From: Octopus sinensis
Taxonomy: Eukaryota
NCBI RefSeq assembly: GCF_006345805.1
Contig: NC_043004.1
Coordinates: 89,714,001-89,778,000, forward strand
Reading direction: 5' to 3'
DNA length: 64,000 bases
The notes beneath the pieces are model-generated. The model worked only from the letters and a program-made list of their open reading frames with translations, was not told the DNA's origin and did not search any database. The translations under genes and the position numbers were made by a program. This document shows, piece after piece, positions 49,770 to 63,699 of this stretch (positions are counted from its first letter, which is position 1; the number at the start of each line of letters is the position of its first letter).

Positions 49770-50279
49770 TTAAGTACATTTGTATATGCTCCAGAATGTT
49801 AACAGTTGAATGGTGTCACGGTTTGTTGAACATGTCAAGGGACATGTATTTTGACCCTGGCCAAAGCAGTAATTGTTGGGCTATTTTTAGAAATACTGTA
49901 AACAACATTTCCCAGGGATTTTTACATTTCAATTATCCTCATCAGCAATATCATTTCCTTTATTATTGTTGTCGTTGTTAATGGTGGTGGTAGGAGCGGC
50001 TGTGGTTATAGAACTTCAAACCCCAAAATAAGATTTTTACTGACTTTCTCTTAACTTAGCTAGTATTTTCCTGCTATCGTCATCATGAGCACCTTTAGTA
50101 TTTGTTAGTTGTTGTTGTTAGTGGTCGTAGCAGTAGAAATAGTACCTCTAAGTATTAGTGTTATTGTTTTATTTAGCTTGGATTAGAAATTATTAATAAA
50201 GTTTTTTTTTTCTCCGATTTTTCTCTCAATTTCGCTTGGATTGTGTAGTTTGTAGAATGGAAATATAAATATTTTCTGA

Positions 50280-52260
50280 CCACATGTTACTGGATGGTTA
50301 CTCAAAGGTACCTGACGGACATCTGGGTCCCTAATTTACTGTCGGCGCGCACGTGAACGTTCTGACAGTGCATTTCCAGTCTGACCCATATAAAGTTCTT
50401 CACAATTTTGGCATTTGATGCAGTAAATCAAATTTCTTCTTTTGCAGTTCATATTTGCGTTTGTGAATATTTTCCCGGTTTTTGTGTTCATATATTGGCC
50501 GGTATGTATGAATTGGCATGTGCCACACCGGCTATCATTGCATTTAGATACAATGAATGAATGGTCTTTGTTGCTAAGGTCAAACTTTGCTTTTGTTAAT
50601 AATTTTCCCAAGTTTTTAGGTTGTCTTTTACTAAGAACCATAGTTCTATCTGTGATTATATCTTTTAATTCATTACTTTGAGTAGTGATTGGCAATGTTG
50701 AAGATATTAGGGTGGCTTGGGTTGTGTGTCACAATAAATGGTATGACTTGTTCCGTTCTCCGCTTTTTTGGGGTTGTCTTCAGTTGTTGTATGGGTATTT
50801 TTATAGCCCGCTGTGTGCCATTTTCTATAAGTAGAGATGGGTATTTTTGTTTGAGCAAAAATTCTCTTAGTTTTGTTAGGCATTTATTCTTGATATTCGC
50901 TCATTCTACATTGGTACAAATTCTTACTAGGCAGTAGGAGATGTTGCGTTTTGTATGTGGTGGATGGCATGACTTAAAATTCAGGTATTGATGTGTGTCT
51001 GTGTGTTTGTAGTATATATCTGTGGTAATGGTGGTGTCCGTTTTAATTACCATTATATCTCGGAATGATAATTTGGTACTACTCATCTCCTTTGTAAATT
51101 GGAGATATGGGTGTAGGTTGTTCAGGAGGATATTGAACGCTTCCAGAGTATTTAGAGATTCTATCCAGATTATGAAACAATCGTCAAGGTGTCTCTTCCA
51201 TGCTTTTCAATATACTTTCTAAATTCAATGTTATAGTTCTCCTCTATTCCTTGGTAGAGTTTTTGTTCTAAATATGCTATTACAGAGTTCGTGTAAACAG
51301 GAGCAAACCGCGTTTCCGTCGCTGTGCCTTTAATTTGGATGTAATTCTTTCCATTGAAGAAAAATGTGTTGTTTTCCAGAATAAGTCTAACTGTACATTA
51401 TTTACATTATTTACATTTGACGGATATTTGTCCTCATCTTGTTTGTTGTTAACACAACGTTTCGGCTGATATACCTCCCCAGCCTTCATCAGGTGACTTG
51501 GGGAAATTTCGAACCTGGGTTCTCATTCCTAAGGTATTTTTCGAAATTTCCCCAAGATACCCGATGAAGGCTACAGGGTATATTAGCCGAAACGTTGTGT
51601 TAACAACAAACAAGATGAGGACAAATATCCGTCAATGTTAGGCTTGTTCTTAAATATAGAACAAGTCTAATTGTGTCTAATATAAACGGCACTGTGAATC
51701 TGTTGGAGATAACTTCTCTGTTTTCTACCCAGTATTTAATCGCCTTTATTCCCAAATCATGTGGAATATTAGTGTAATGGCTTACCACATCAAAACTAAG
51801 TAGAAGTGAATTTGTTTTAGTTGCTTTGCGAAGATGGGACAAGAAATCGATGCCATCCCGATATATATATATAACTTATAAAATAAGGGCAAAAGAAACA
51901 TTCTAATGCCAAATATGCCGAAAAAAAGACAAAATTGTCAATAACCATTATAATTTATGCGAAACAAACCGATAGAAAATCCGTTATTACCGTATTGGTC
52001 CAAATTTCGGGGTTAATTCATAAGAATTTTCCCCTCTTCAGCGATAAACACGTAAGATATAAATGAAATACTTACTCATACCCATGGGAAAAGCAAGCAC
52101 TAAGTCCTGAGCAGACCTAAGTACCCCAAATATATCCAAAATAGAAAATCTTCGGCACATCTCGAGACACGTGTGATTCGAACTAGAAACTTTCACAGAG
52201 TGAGAGAATCCGGAAGTGAACACTTAAATTTACAACTTATGTAGGATAAAATTTTTTCGA
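50280..52260 (-). mobile_element. Degenerate Penelope-like element (RT plus GIY-YIG) with a nested pLTR palindrome and an upstream pLTR
   Basis: LLSFDVVSHYTNIPHDLG, ENNTFFFNGKNYIQIKGTA, RHLDDCFI, DIYYKHTDTHQYLNFKSCHP and the GIY-YIG NLIYCIKCQNCEELYMGQTG. Confidence 0.9.
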
Positions 52261-52297
52261 AATAAATTTTATCAATGGCCAGCATATATATATATAT

Positions 52298-52377
<80 letters not shown>

Positions 52378-52443
52378 ATATATATATACATCTATATATA
52401 TATGTATATATACATCTATATATATGTGTGTGCATGTATGTAT

Positions 52444-52475
<32 letters not shown>

Positions 52476-52505
52476 ATATATATATATATATAATATATAT
52501 ATATA

Positions 52506-53465
52506 ATCAGTTGAATAAAGCTACAACATGGTCTGGTTTCACGTTTTTTATTGCATTAAAAATTTTTTGACAATGTTGAAGTGTGTTAAACATTAAAAAT
52601 ATATTTGGTTATGTTCATAAAGTTCAATTAGCGCTGTCATCCACATTACTGAACCGCCATGCAAGCAAGAAACGAGCTATGGTTGGAAAAGTTGGTTTTC
52701 TGATGGTGCAAGGTCAGGACTATAAGGAGAGTGAAGCAGCACTTCCAGCCCTTCAAGTTCCTCAGGCGCTTGGTCATGTTGGCAGTGTGAGCTGGGGCAT
52801 TATCATGCTGAAGGAGTGCGTGTTTTCGATTGATCAATGTCGAGTAGTGGGTGTTCTAAGCATCATATACTCGTGGCAGTTGGGTATAAAGGTTAGCGTT
52901 CACAACATGATTACCTGGGATAAGTACAACACCTTTTCGAAATAACACCAAACACAGAACATAACCTTCTGTTCAAATCGCCCTTGTTTGACAACAGGTT
53001 CTGAAACCTAGTCGGAACGAAGCCACTGATTTCTCTTATTATGATTACGAAAATAGATCCATTTTTCATCGTCAGTAACAATTCGACGCCAAAAACAAGC
53101 ATCTCGAGGATTTGCCAGCAGTTGTTTATAAATATTGGCAAATGTTCACACGTCGTTGAGCCTGGTCATGACAGTCTGAAAGATGGTACACAACCGGTGT
53201 TTTCTTTGTCGACATTCACTTACATTGTCAAACAACTTATGAGCAACTTTGATACAAGAGATCTTGTAAAATCCTTGTGAACATTTTCACCTGGTGAATT
53301 ATCAAACATCAAAGCAAACCACAACGTTTTCCAGTCTTTTTTTAGTGTGGATGCCTTCATCTTCTCTCATCTTTTAGAAATGAATCAAAGAATATATCTC
53401 ATGTTAAATTCTTCAATAATTGTGGGTATAGATTTGCCAGCATTCATCATACCTCATACGTTCCA
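52506..53465 (-). mobile_element. Degenerate mariner transposon
   Basis: Minus-strand IVTDDEKWIYF and HALLQHDNAPAHTA; frameshifted. Confidence 0.85.
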
Positions 53466-53495
53466 TGAAAAGTGGGAAAACTTTAGAATTTAGAG

Positions 53496-54530
53496 CAGGG
53501 CTTCTCAACGGGGGTGCACTGGAAAATCTGGGGTGCATGAAAAATTCTTGCGATGGAAAATAATTTTTCTCATTTTTGTTAACTTACTGATTGCTCAGCC
53601 GTCAGCTCACTGGAGTTTTGCATGAAGCGTAAATGAAGTCCACGCAGTGCATGCGCATTGGAACGCAAGTACCTACATATTGACCACAATTATGGTTGTT
53701 TTTTGAGTACGCATCCCCGCATGGATCAATAATATTGCAGGCTTGCGCAGGCGTCTCATGGATTCGTAACGTACACGCGAAACATCTCGCGCGTACGTTA
53801 AGTGAGCACCTCTTTATAGTCTAGCTTAGCCGCTGCGCTGATCATTGCTCTTTGAGTTTACCATCAAGTTAGCATTCAGCGATTATTCACTAGAAATTTA
53901 CGTCATATCAACAAACTCTTCGGATCACGCTTTTATTGGTGTTTTGTTGACACTTTATGCATTTTAGTTATGCATTTTAGTTGACACTTTATGCATTTAT
54001 TGTCTAATTTACTCCTCAAATTAAATTTATTAACATCAAAGGCCAAATAATGTGATGGGTTAAGGGTTGTGATTGATCAGAGAATAGGCCATCCAATTAA
54101 AGCTTTCAACTGCGTTTTCAGGATCTCATTCATTTACACATCCTTTTATTTGTCGACAGACTTAATATCTTGACAGTGGAAGACGTCTTCCAACAACTTG
54201 CATGTTTTCAAATAGAGCTCTGCGAGGCCCTTGTTGTTGAACGTTTCATCCAAATTGCCGAAGGAAACTGGGTGCAAGCATGGTTACAGTGCAAGAACAA
54301 ATATCCGACTCTATACGAAACTGTTGAGCCATTCGTTATAAACTTCCCAACACCAAACCTTGCCGAAAGAGGTTTTCATTGATTCTGCATTCTTATAATA
54401 AACAAAGAAGACTGCAGCTCGACAATAGTTGTGAGATGCGACTGCGTTTGAGTTACCTCCAGCCACGTTTTATCAAACTGGTGACAGAAAAGCAACCCCA
54501 GGAAGCGAGTGCTTCCTGAGGTGCTCATTC
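53496..54530 (+). mobile_element. hAT (Charlie-like) remnant
   Basis: Starts CAGGGCTTCTCAAC. C-terminal dimerisation-domain-like WLQCKNKYPTLYETVEPFVINFPTPNLAERGF. Confidence 0.7.
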
Positions 54531-54566
54531 CTGACAAGCAGCTTTTCAGTATTATTTTTCTTTTAT

Positions 54567-54959
54567 TCTTTCGCTTGTTTCAGTCATTTTGACTAAGGAC
54601 ATGCTGGAGCACCGCATTTAGTCGAACAAATCGACCTCAGGACTTATTCTTTGTAAGCTTAGTACTTATTCTCTAGGGCTCTTTTACCGAATCGCTAAGT
54701 TCGGGGACGTAAACACACTAACGTCGGTTGTCAAGCGATGGGGAGAGACAAGCACAGACACACACACACAAATACGCACACACACACACATATACGACGG
54801 GCTTCTTTCAGTTTCCGTTTACCAATTCCACTCACAAGACTTTGGTCAGCCAAAGGCTATAGTAGAAGACACTTGCCCAAGGAGCCACGCAGTGAGACTG
54901 AATCCGGGGTCATGTAGTTGGGAAGCAAGCTACCTACCACACAGACATGCCTGCGCCTA
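54567..54959 (-). mobile_element. SINE family A
   Basis: Matches the family consensus. Confidence 0.85.
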
Positions 54960-54984
54960 TGTTTATGTATGTATTTGTGCTGCT

Positions 54985-55330
54985 GTTGTTTAGTAAGTGC
55001 TACCTGAGAGATACAATACAATATTGAAGGCTGTCTGCACTGATCTCAAGCCCCTACCCCTTCCATCTCTTTTTAGGTAGAGCCTGTTGATAACTTTTCT
55101 GTTTCTGTGGTAGTTTCCAGTTGATCTAAGGGTCTTGCCTGCTTCAATACCTATGGAGTAGATTGCCTCCATATGCTAGTCAAATATCTCAAATGTTGGA
55201 ATCAGCACTGGTACTGTAAATGCATTATGGGATATTGTCTTATTGTAACTGGGGAGTATAATATTCTGGGGCCACTCTATCTTTCGCACTGGTCAAAAGA
55301 AATAAACATCCCTCTGGTGAACATCGATTA
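54985..55330 (-). mobile_element. R4/Dong-type LINE fragment
   Basis: RLYLKRDGRGRGLRSVQ and NAFTVPVLIPTF. Confidence 0.7.
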
Positions 55331-55746
55331 ATGTTATATAGCATGAAGAAATGAATCCACGCAGATGATCTACCCCATGCCCACGGATACTACAGCCTAC
55401 ATTATAATCATCCCAGGAATACGGACTGTGATCTTAAGAGACATGTGATTTATGGAAACGTGCGTAGCGACGCGTTAAATGTTTATAAGTTCCATCCAAG
55501 GATTATTGCTATTATAACTATATTTATCCCACCTCATATCGGTACAGCTCGATGCAAACCCAAAACATTGGCTCACCAGTCTACATCATTATACTGTAGC
55601 CGGTATAATGGAATAGGAACTTTATTTCCATATTCAAAATGTTTCCCGTAAACAAATCTAAGAGGTATATATGCATGTATGTATGATGTATGTAAGTGTG
55701 TGTATGTATGTATATATATACATATATATATATATACATACATACA

Positions 55747-55826
<80 letters not shown>

Positions 55827-56873
55827 TATATATATTACATACACATACATATATATATGTATGTATACATTCATATACACACACATTCACATATACATAA
55901 ACCTCATAACCTAGTTCTCTGTCTAGCTACAAAAACTTACATATTGCGACCACTATAAGCATATTCATTTCAAAAATCCAGTTACGTGGATGAAACCGCT
56001 TATGTAATGTGAGTTAAAAAGATTTGATGTATTTAAATGAAATATTCCACCTGTTTTTGTATCTTAAATTTATCTTAAAAGAATACAATAATTCCCGTAA
56101 TGTTTTTGCCCATTTTCACCTATTTTTTGTTTATACAACACCACCGGTACAGAAATAGCTAACCACTAACGAGTTTTTTAAATAAAATCTTTCCTTCTAA
56201 CCATAAAATGTCTTAGCATCTTCAACAACCACACAATCAAATAATCATATTCTACAACACCAAAGCTTACAAGTAACATCAACAAATTAATATACCTAAA
56301 AATTAGCAATTACTTTTAACAAAACCTTTGTACTGAACGTGATCAATTTTTTTTCTCTCTCTCTCACTCTCTTTCTCTTTCTCTCCTCTCTCTCACACAC
56401 TTCCTCCCCCCTCTCTCTTTCCTTATAGAGGTAACACCACTAACCAAAATGTAGATGGAAATCTTACCGATCAACTAATGGAAGAATAGCCTATAGATAC
56501 TAACTTGAACGGAGAGGATAAGCTCTTAAACATCCAACTATTTTATAAACAATGAAACCGCTGATTCCAACCTTAATAACATAATTCGTAATAAGAAAGA
56601 CAATGCCGCACCTTCCCATATTAATAAAATCTCTAATTTCAAATTGGCAGGAAAACAGTCGAGTGAAATCTTACATATGCTCTAATTCTAAAAATATACA
56701 CGCCAATAGAAGCAGTAAAAACACAAGAACAAAATAATATAATTTGTGACAAGAAAAATTCTACTACTCTAAAACCCCTGGAATTCTCAACCGGAGACTG
56801 ACACATCTGTACCTGTAAAAAAGCCACTAGCAATCCCTTTCAATGTAAGTGCATATCACGCAAATATATGAAT

Positions 56874-58277
56874 ACTAGCAGAAATATCCGGCGTTGCTCG
56901 GGTTAAAGAGAATAATAAAATTTTAAAACGCTGTCTAGATTACTCAGATCTCAACTGCTTGTAGCTGAGATACCAACTTTCTACATTAATAACTCTCCAA
57001 CCCATATCAGCATGGAACATAGACGTTAAATGAAATGTTAAAAGCAAGTTTTCAACTCATATATGTATATAAAGTAAATATAAGTAATACAAAAACACGT
57101 TTTGTGTAGCTTATTTTGTAACCAAAAAACAGGTAGAGATGATAAACAATGAAAGGCCGATTTTGGTGATTCATTTGGCAGAAGTAGCAGAAAGACAATC
57201 CAACGATAAATCTGACCTTGGATCTTGAAAGTTTGCATGAATCCTGCTTCAGTTAAATCTCTTGTGGCTCCAAATGATGTCATCTGTAGTGCAGCGTTGT
57301 ATTGTCTAATTTTGTTTTGGAAGTGCTTGGAATCTTAGTCAGTTGATGACAACAGTTTCTTCAATGGCTCTGGAGGTTGGGGGATTGCAGGGAGTTTAAC
57401 CGTTCCACTACTACAGCACAAAGCAGGTGTCTCTCCAGGCCACTTCCTTGCTTTACAATGTATACACTCGGTTGTCATAATGAACTGCTGGATCATAATT
57501 GAAAGCTGCTTCATAGAAGTTGCTTCTCTGAGCTGTTGTAACTGCTCTTCGTTCTTCAGTGGAGATCCTATTCCTTGTCAGCCGTGCATACCTCTGTTTA
57601 TCAGTTCGTTTCTTTGTATGCATCTCTTTCTGCAACTGTCTCTCTTTCCCTGGACAGAGACATTCTTTTGGCTGATCTTGACAAATTTAACACTTTCCTT
57701 CTAGGCATGTTATATACCTATACAGAAACACACAGGTGCAGAAGATAGTAACCAATGAAAATAACTAGGCAACGAAAATTATATTTCTTAATACGATGGG
57801 TAGCAAGTAAATAAGAAATTTTTACGAAAAATAAAGAATTGTACGGGTTGAAGCGAAATTTGTCAGTGAACCAAAGAGCCAGTGTTGAAGGAACCAGAAA
57901 AAGACCGTCAACAACAGAAAAACACAAAACCGTTGCAAAAGTAAATAAGAAATTTTTAAGGAAATTAACTAAGTGTACGGATTTAAGTGAAATTTTTGAA
58001 GTTAATTGTGTCAGCAAATTATGAACTTACTTTTATCAGTAATTCTGTAAAAAAAAAAAAAAACGTTGCAAAAGTAAATAAGAAATTTGTAGGCAAATTT
58101 TACAAAGTGTACAGATTGAAGTGAAATTTATAAAGTTACTTTTGTCAGTAATTATGTATGAAATTACTTTCATCAGTAATTGCGAACTCCTATCTGACTG
58201 TACTTTGTCGCGATTGAAAAACTTACAGTGAAAACAATAGCGTCTGAAAAATGAAAGTGAAAACAATAGAGAATGAA

Positions 58278-58335
<58 letters not shown>
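56874..58335 (-). mobile_element. Internally deleted Helitron with Rep-region remnants and three ~135-bp subterminal repeats
   Basis: MTSFGA...TFKIQGQIY and KWPGETPALCCSSGTVKLP. 3' hairpin cccgagcaacgccgg plus CTAG at 56875-56912. Repeats of gcaaaagtaaataagaaattt at 57800-58140. Confidence 0.8.
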
Positions 58336-58361
<26 letters not shown>

Positions 58362-58994
58362 CTAGTTAGACAAATAAGATAGATAGAAATAGAGATGGAT
58401 AGAGCGATATTGATAGATACATCGATTCTACATCTAAGACGTATAAGTGCCGCTATATCATGTTTAAATATACTTTTGATAACAAAATTATGAAAGACAA
58501 ATTCGCAAGCCGAAGATATATCGGATCTAAAATCTAAATGTATTAGTTTCGGATTGCAATAGTCCATCATCGCAACAACTCTCTCATATTGATCAGTGAA
58601 TGATCAATATGTACTTCGTTGTTACATCGTGATTTCTAAGAAATGCTTGCGTGATGCTATCCGATGGGCAATACATGGACGTAACTGACTGATATCCACT
58701 ATTTAATGAGAGATAGCATTAGTTACTGTCAGGCAAGTTATTAGGGGCTGTAAAATTAGAGGAATAACATCATTAGCATTTGGCGTTGATTCAATATTTT
58801 ACCAAATGAGTAGAGAGAATTCATACCAAAATACAAAAACAATCAATGACGTAATTTATATCAACTTTCATAATCCTTGCTTTGATTTAGAGCAGTCGTA
58901 ATGTACTTTCACTAGTATGTTAAAACATTTGAGCATCACAAAACAAAATAACACGATAGATGTGTTATCTTTTACTTGCTTTATCTTTTTTCAT

Positions 58995-59356
58995 CTTTTA
59001 TTTACTTTTGTCACAAGACTGCGGCCATGCTGGAGCATCGCCTTGAAGGTCTTTAGTTGAACAAATCAACCCCAGTACTTATGTTTTTCTTTTTGTTTTT
59101 AAGTCTGGCGCTTATATTAATCGGTATTTTTTGCCGAAACGCTAAGTAATGGAGACGTAAACAAATCAATGCCGGTTGTCAAGAGGTGGTGATGGCAAAC
59201 ACACACACACACGCGCGACGGGCTTCCACACAGTTTCTGTCTATCAAATTCACTCGATCCGGGGTTATAGCAGAAGACACATGCCCAACGTGCCGTGCAG
59301 TGAGACTGAAACCACATTCTTGCAAAGCAAGCTTCTTAACCACAATCGCACAGCCA
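58995..59356 (-). mobile_element. SINE family A, diverged
   Basis: Degenerate match to the consensus. Confidence 0.75.
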
Positions 59357-59984
59357 TATCTGTGCCTTATGTTTTCGATATTTATTTAAAATTCCAAGTA
59401 AAGAGAAAGGTATCAGATGAAGCTCTAGTCATTGGTGCTAGGGCTTAACCATACAAATGTTCTCTTTGATAATAAATAACCATAGATTTTTCCACTTTAG
59501 CGACACCAGTCCCCATACAGAGCCCTCAAAAGGGAATTGTATGCGGATTGGTGTCCTTATGACAGAGAAAATGGAAAAAATACCACTTCTGAAAATGTAC
59601 TTTCGTATGTATGTATATGTATCTGTGTGTGTGTATGTGTTTATCTCTGTGTGTTTGTGTGTGTATATCTGTGTGTGTGTGGTGTGTGTGTATGGGTGTT
59701 TCTGTGTGTGTATGAATGTATATAGAGATAAAGATTGAAAGAAAAAATTTATTGTCCCTAGTTCAAATTCCTTCTTTCAACGCATGACTGAGTAATGACC
59801 TTAGAATGACCACTTGCAAATAAAGGCACGCACACACGCTCGCACACACACACACACATACACACACACACTCACACAGGTGCGTTTATCTAACTCCGGT
59901 ACGAGTGCATTTTACGTTGTACTAGTACCTGTAAAGGACATGCCTGTATGTATAGATGACCGCGAATTTAGCTTGATGCGTCTT

Positions 59985-60420
59985 TTCAAGTAGAGCAAAT
60001 CGGCACGGCTTCTGATCCTTTGTCATTTCTTCAGTGAGGCCACGTCTTCACTTCGTCCCACGTCTACCCCTTCCAGAGGTTCCCTCCACAATTAGAGCTC
60101 GGTACTTCTTTACGCAGCTGTCCTCACCCATACGCATCACATGACCAACCCAGCGCAGTCTTCTCTCTTGCCCACAGCAACAGATGCCGCTTACACTGAA
60201 TTTTCCTCTTAAATCATTTACACTCTGTCGTATGTGCACACTAACATTACCCTAGCTTCATTTCTTTCAAGCTTTCGCAAGTTCTCTGTCGTCATAGCCC
60301 GCATTTCGCTGCCAGTGGTTTCATGAAAATGAAACCAACAATAATGGGGAGTGTACAAAAAATTAACCAATCTTGATTTATAATCATGTCCTGCTGTCAT
60401 GGATAGTGAAGCGGCATCCT
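59985..60420 (-). mobile_element. RTE LINE 3' end (similar to the element at 1-1530)
   Basis: QERRLRWVGHVMRMGEDSCVKK...VEGTSGRGR. Confidence 0.8.
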
Positions 60421-60639
60421 GGGATCTAGACCTAACCATGTTCTTTCGGGCAAAGTCAGCCATATGTCAAAATAAAAATGTCTCCGACTCCTACTCGTAA
60501 TCTCGATACCATTATCAACCAGGTGAAGGCAAACTGGTTGGATACTATCGTTATTTTTAAAATTCAATGTTTTACACCATTCATGACTATCGTAAGCATC
60601 TTATAAGAAAAGTGGTTTCTGTACAGTTATCAAAGGGTG

Positions 60640-61965
60640 CAGTTTATTGCTTTTACTGTACTTTAATGTCAAGACAACCTGACAGGTTTTCCAACAAGGA
60701 AGGTTTTAACGATTAAAAAAAAAAGCAGAGGAGAAAATGAAAAGACATGAACACAGTCAAGACCACAGAGATTATGTGTTGAAGTTCAATCTTTTATGAA
60801 GGGAATATTCTCATGTTAACAAGAAGTTGGAAAAACAAGAAATACTGGACTGAAGTATTACACCGTGTTGTGGTTGTGACAATATTTCAGGCCGAGAGAG
60901 GTCTGGCATTTAGAAGTAGGGAAGAGATAATAGGCTCTAAACACAATGGGAATTTTTTAGGAATTATGGAACTTATGACACAATTTGATCCATTTCTAAT
61001 GGGCCACTTGAAAACATTTGGCAATCCCGGAAGTGAAAAGCAGTAATCTACCATCTACGAAGCAATTGTTCTATTGATGACAAATATGTCAAGAATTATA
61101 TGGTTACAGAACTTAAAACTGCCAAGTAATTCGCTGTTTATGTAGACTCAGCACTAAACCGGGCTAATGTTGGACCAACTAACGGTTATTGTGCATTATC
61201 CTATTTCTGATAAACCAATAGAAAGGTTTTTACCTTTCCTGCAAACTGGCTCTCACAAAGAGGAAGTACTGGCTGCATCTCTCTTAGTATTTTTTTTTAA
61301 AGAAGGTATAAATTTTGAAGACTGCAGGGGATAGTCCTATGATAACGCCAGTGGTATGTTCAGTCACTGCACAAGAATACAAGTCAAACTCAAAGAAAAG
61401 AATCTGGCAGCAGTTTTCATTCCTTGCGCTGCTCATTCGTAGAATTTTGTTGGACAAGCTGCTGCTTCTTACTGTGTTGAAGATGTTAGCTATTTTGGTT
61501 TCATAATAATGTTACACACCTCTTTGTCTGCATTAATGCACAGCTGGGCAAATTTAATTAATCTTTGAAAGGCAATAAAAGAGTGCTAACTTTGAAGTAC
61601 CTGTCAGGAATACGTTGGTCAGCAAGAGCTGATGCTACCGAAGGCCTCATTGATGGATGTAGCTGCATTTAAAATGCGCTTCGAGCTATTGAAGATGATC
61701 TAAAGTAAACACATGAAGCAAGACATGAAGCTCAGACATTGGCAGACAAAATGGATTGCCTTGAAACTGCTCTGATGGCTAAGATTTGGAATATAATTCT
61801 TGTACGGTTTAACAGTCCAAATAAAGATTTCCAAGGAGTGAAAGTTGATTTGATTAAAGCGATTGATCTTATTGATTCTTTGGAAAGTTTTCTGAAATCA
61901 TTTCGAGATAGGTATGAAGAATTGGAGCTCGATGCCAGGAACGTGTGGAAACAAAGAGTATAAAG
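60640..61965 (+). mobile_element. Degenerate hAT transposase (Tip100/ZMYM1-DUF4371-like)
   Basis: AERGLAFRSREE..GSKHNGNFLGIMEL..FDPFL, GQSYDNAS, FIPCAAHS and RWSARADA. Several stops and frameshifts. Confidence 0.85.
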
Positions 61966-63699
61966 CAACAATAGGTATATATATTTATACCTAATGTTAC
62001 TGACAAGTTATGAGTCGATCCGAGGTGTCAAAGAATAGTTGAAATTCATCTAATTCATATTAACATCCTTAAAATCTTGACATTAAACAATGTCGTCTTC
62101 CATACTGAAGAACTTCAAGAGATCTTTTGCTCTATTTCGTTAAAAACTAAATATTGTACCGGAGCTAACAGATTATTTTGATTAAGCCTGAATTCCAATA
62201 ATTTGTCTGAGGTCTTTGGAATATATATATATATATATATATATAGATACACATATAGAGTAAGAAGTAAGTACGTTCCAAGGTTTCTGGTGTAGAGTGT
62301 TAGTAAGCTTCGAGTATGTATACAACTAGTAGTAAGTGTTCAAAGGTGGACAGTATACGATAAAACGAGTTTATTAACCATCATAAGTAAACTCTTTATC
62401 CCATATTGAAATCAAAGCTGACAGTCACCATGCAACTTACGGTTAAACAACTAACGTTACTACAAATGCGAATAAAAATCCGAGAATATAAGGAACGGAG
62501 CAGGTAAAGCACGGGCTACAGTTTTTTCATAACTAAAATTGTTGGTTACAAAACTTGTAACACAAAACCTACTTAGTCAATCTTCAGGCTCTATTACCTA
62601 TAAGTTGTTTACATTGTCACGTTGAGATGGACAAATGGTTTATCAGATTAGCCACAGCACGAATGACAAGTTGAAAATAACAAACTCAAGGTCAAAGGAC
62701 TAATGAAAGTAATAGTGGGTTGGTTGTCCTAGAAGAAAACAAAATAGATGTATTTACAGATGTCCTCAAGTCGAAGGAGAAGGATGCTAGGTAGAGAGGT
62801 AGAGGAGGTAGGGAGGACTAAAGAGATTAGGGATAAGAGAATCTTAAGCGGGGCAATAAAATTCTTTACACTTTGATGTCGGGGAGATAGGCGGAGGACA
62901 AATAAAACTTTTAGTTATTAAACCGAGTAAAAAGTCTAGACAGCTAAATTATGGAAACACTTTAACGAAGGAATTATAAGCAACACATTTATTCAAGTGA
63001 TCATTGGTCAATACTATTCTAACGTATCCCCATTCTTCTTAACAAGGCCATCATTTTCACTTTTAAGAACTTAGATCTCATTCGGAAACATGTTCATATA
63101 AGTCAAACGGACCGTCACACTGTAATTAAGTTCGACGAGAAATTATGGTCCCATAAGGACATACCCAATAATTTGGACATCCCTCTGGGGGTCTTGTTAC
63201 TCGGCTCAAGTGAACGTCCTCGTTTGGCCGCTGTGCTTTATAAAAAAAAATTAAAAAACACAGAGGATATATCGCATGTCTGCCTTAGATATCGTTTAGA
63301 TTTATCTCTGCATATGCATCCAAGTCCTGTCCAAGTTATCGGTTGCTTATTGTTATATGCCTTTACATTAGGGGACCATGAGTACGTAATTTTAATTGTG
63401 TGCCTATTAAATATTTTCCTCTATCAGTGGGAAAAGTGATTATCTAATAAGAATAAAAATGTTTTACATATATTTGGCCTAACATTTAGGGAGAAGGGTG
63501 GGTGAACTATAAAATATTGTGGAACCTAAACTTATGACTAAATGGTTGGGGCGGCAGAGGTTATAAAAGATTCTATCAATAAAGCCGCTATCCTGTAAAG
63601 CCTTATCTTAATACGGTGATGCGTTTTCAAATATTTCTTTACACGAAGAAAGATGTGTGATTCTACGAATAATATTCGGAATTAAGTTATCTTTCCGAC

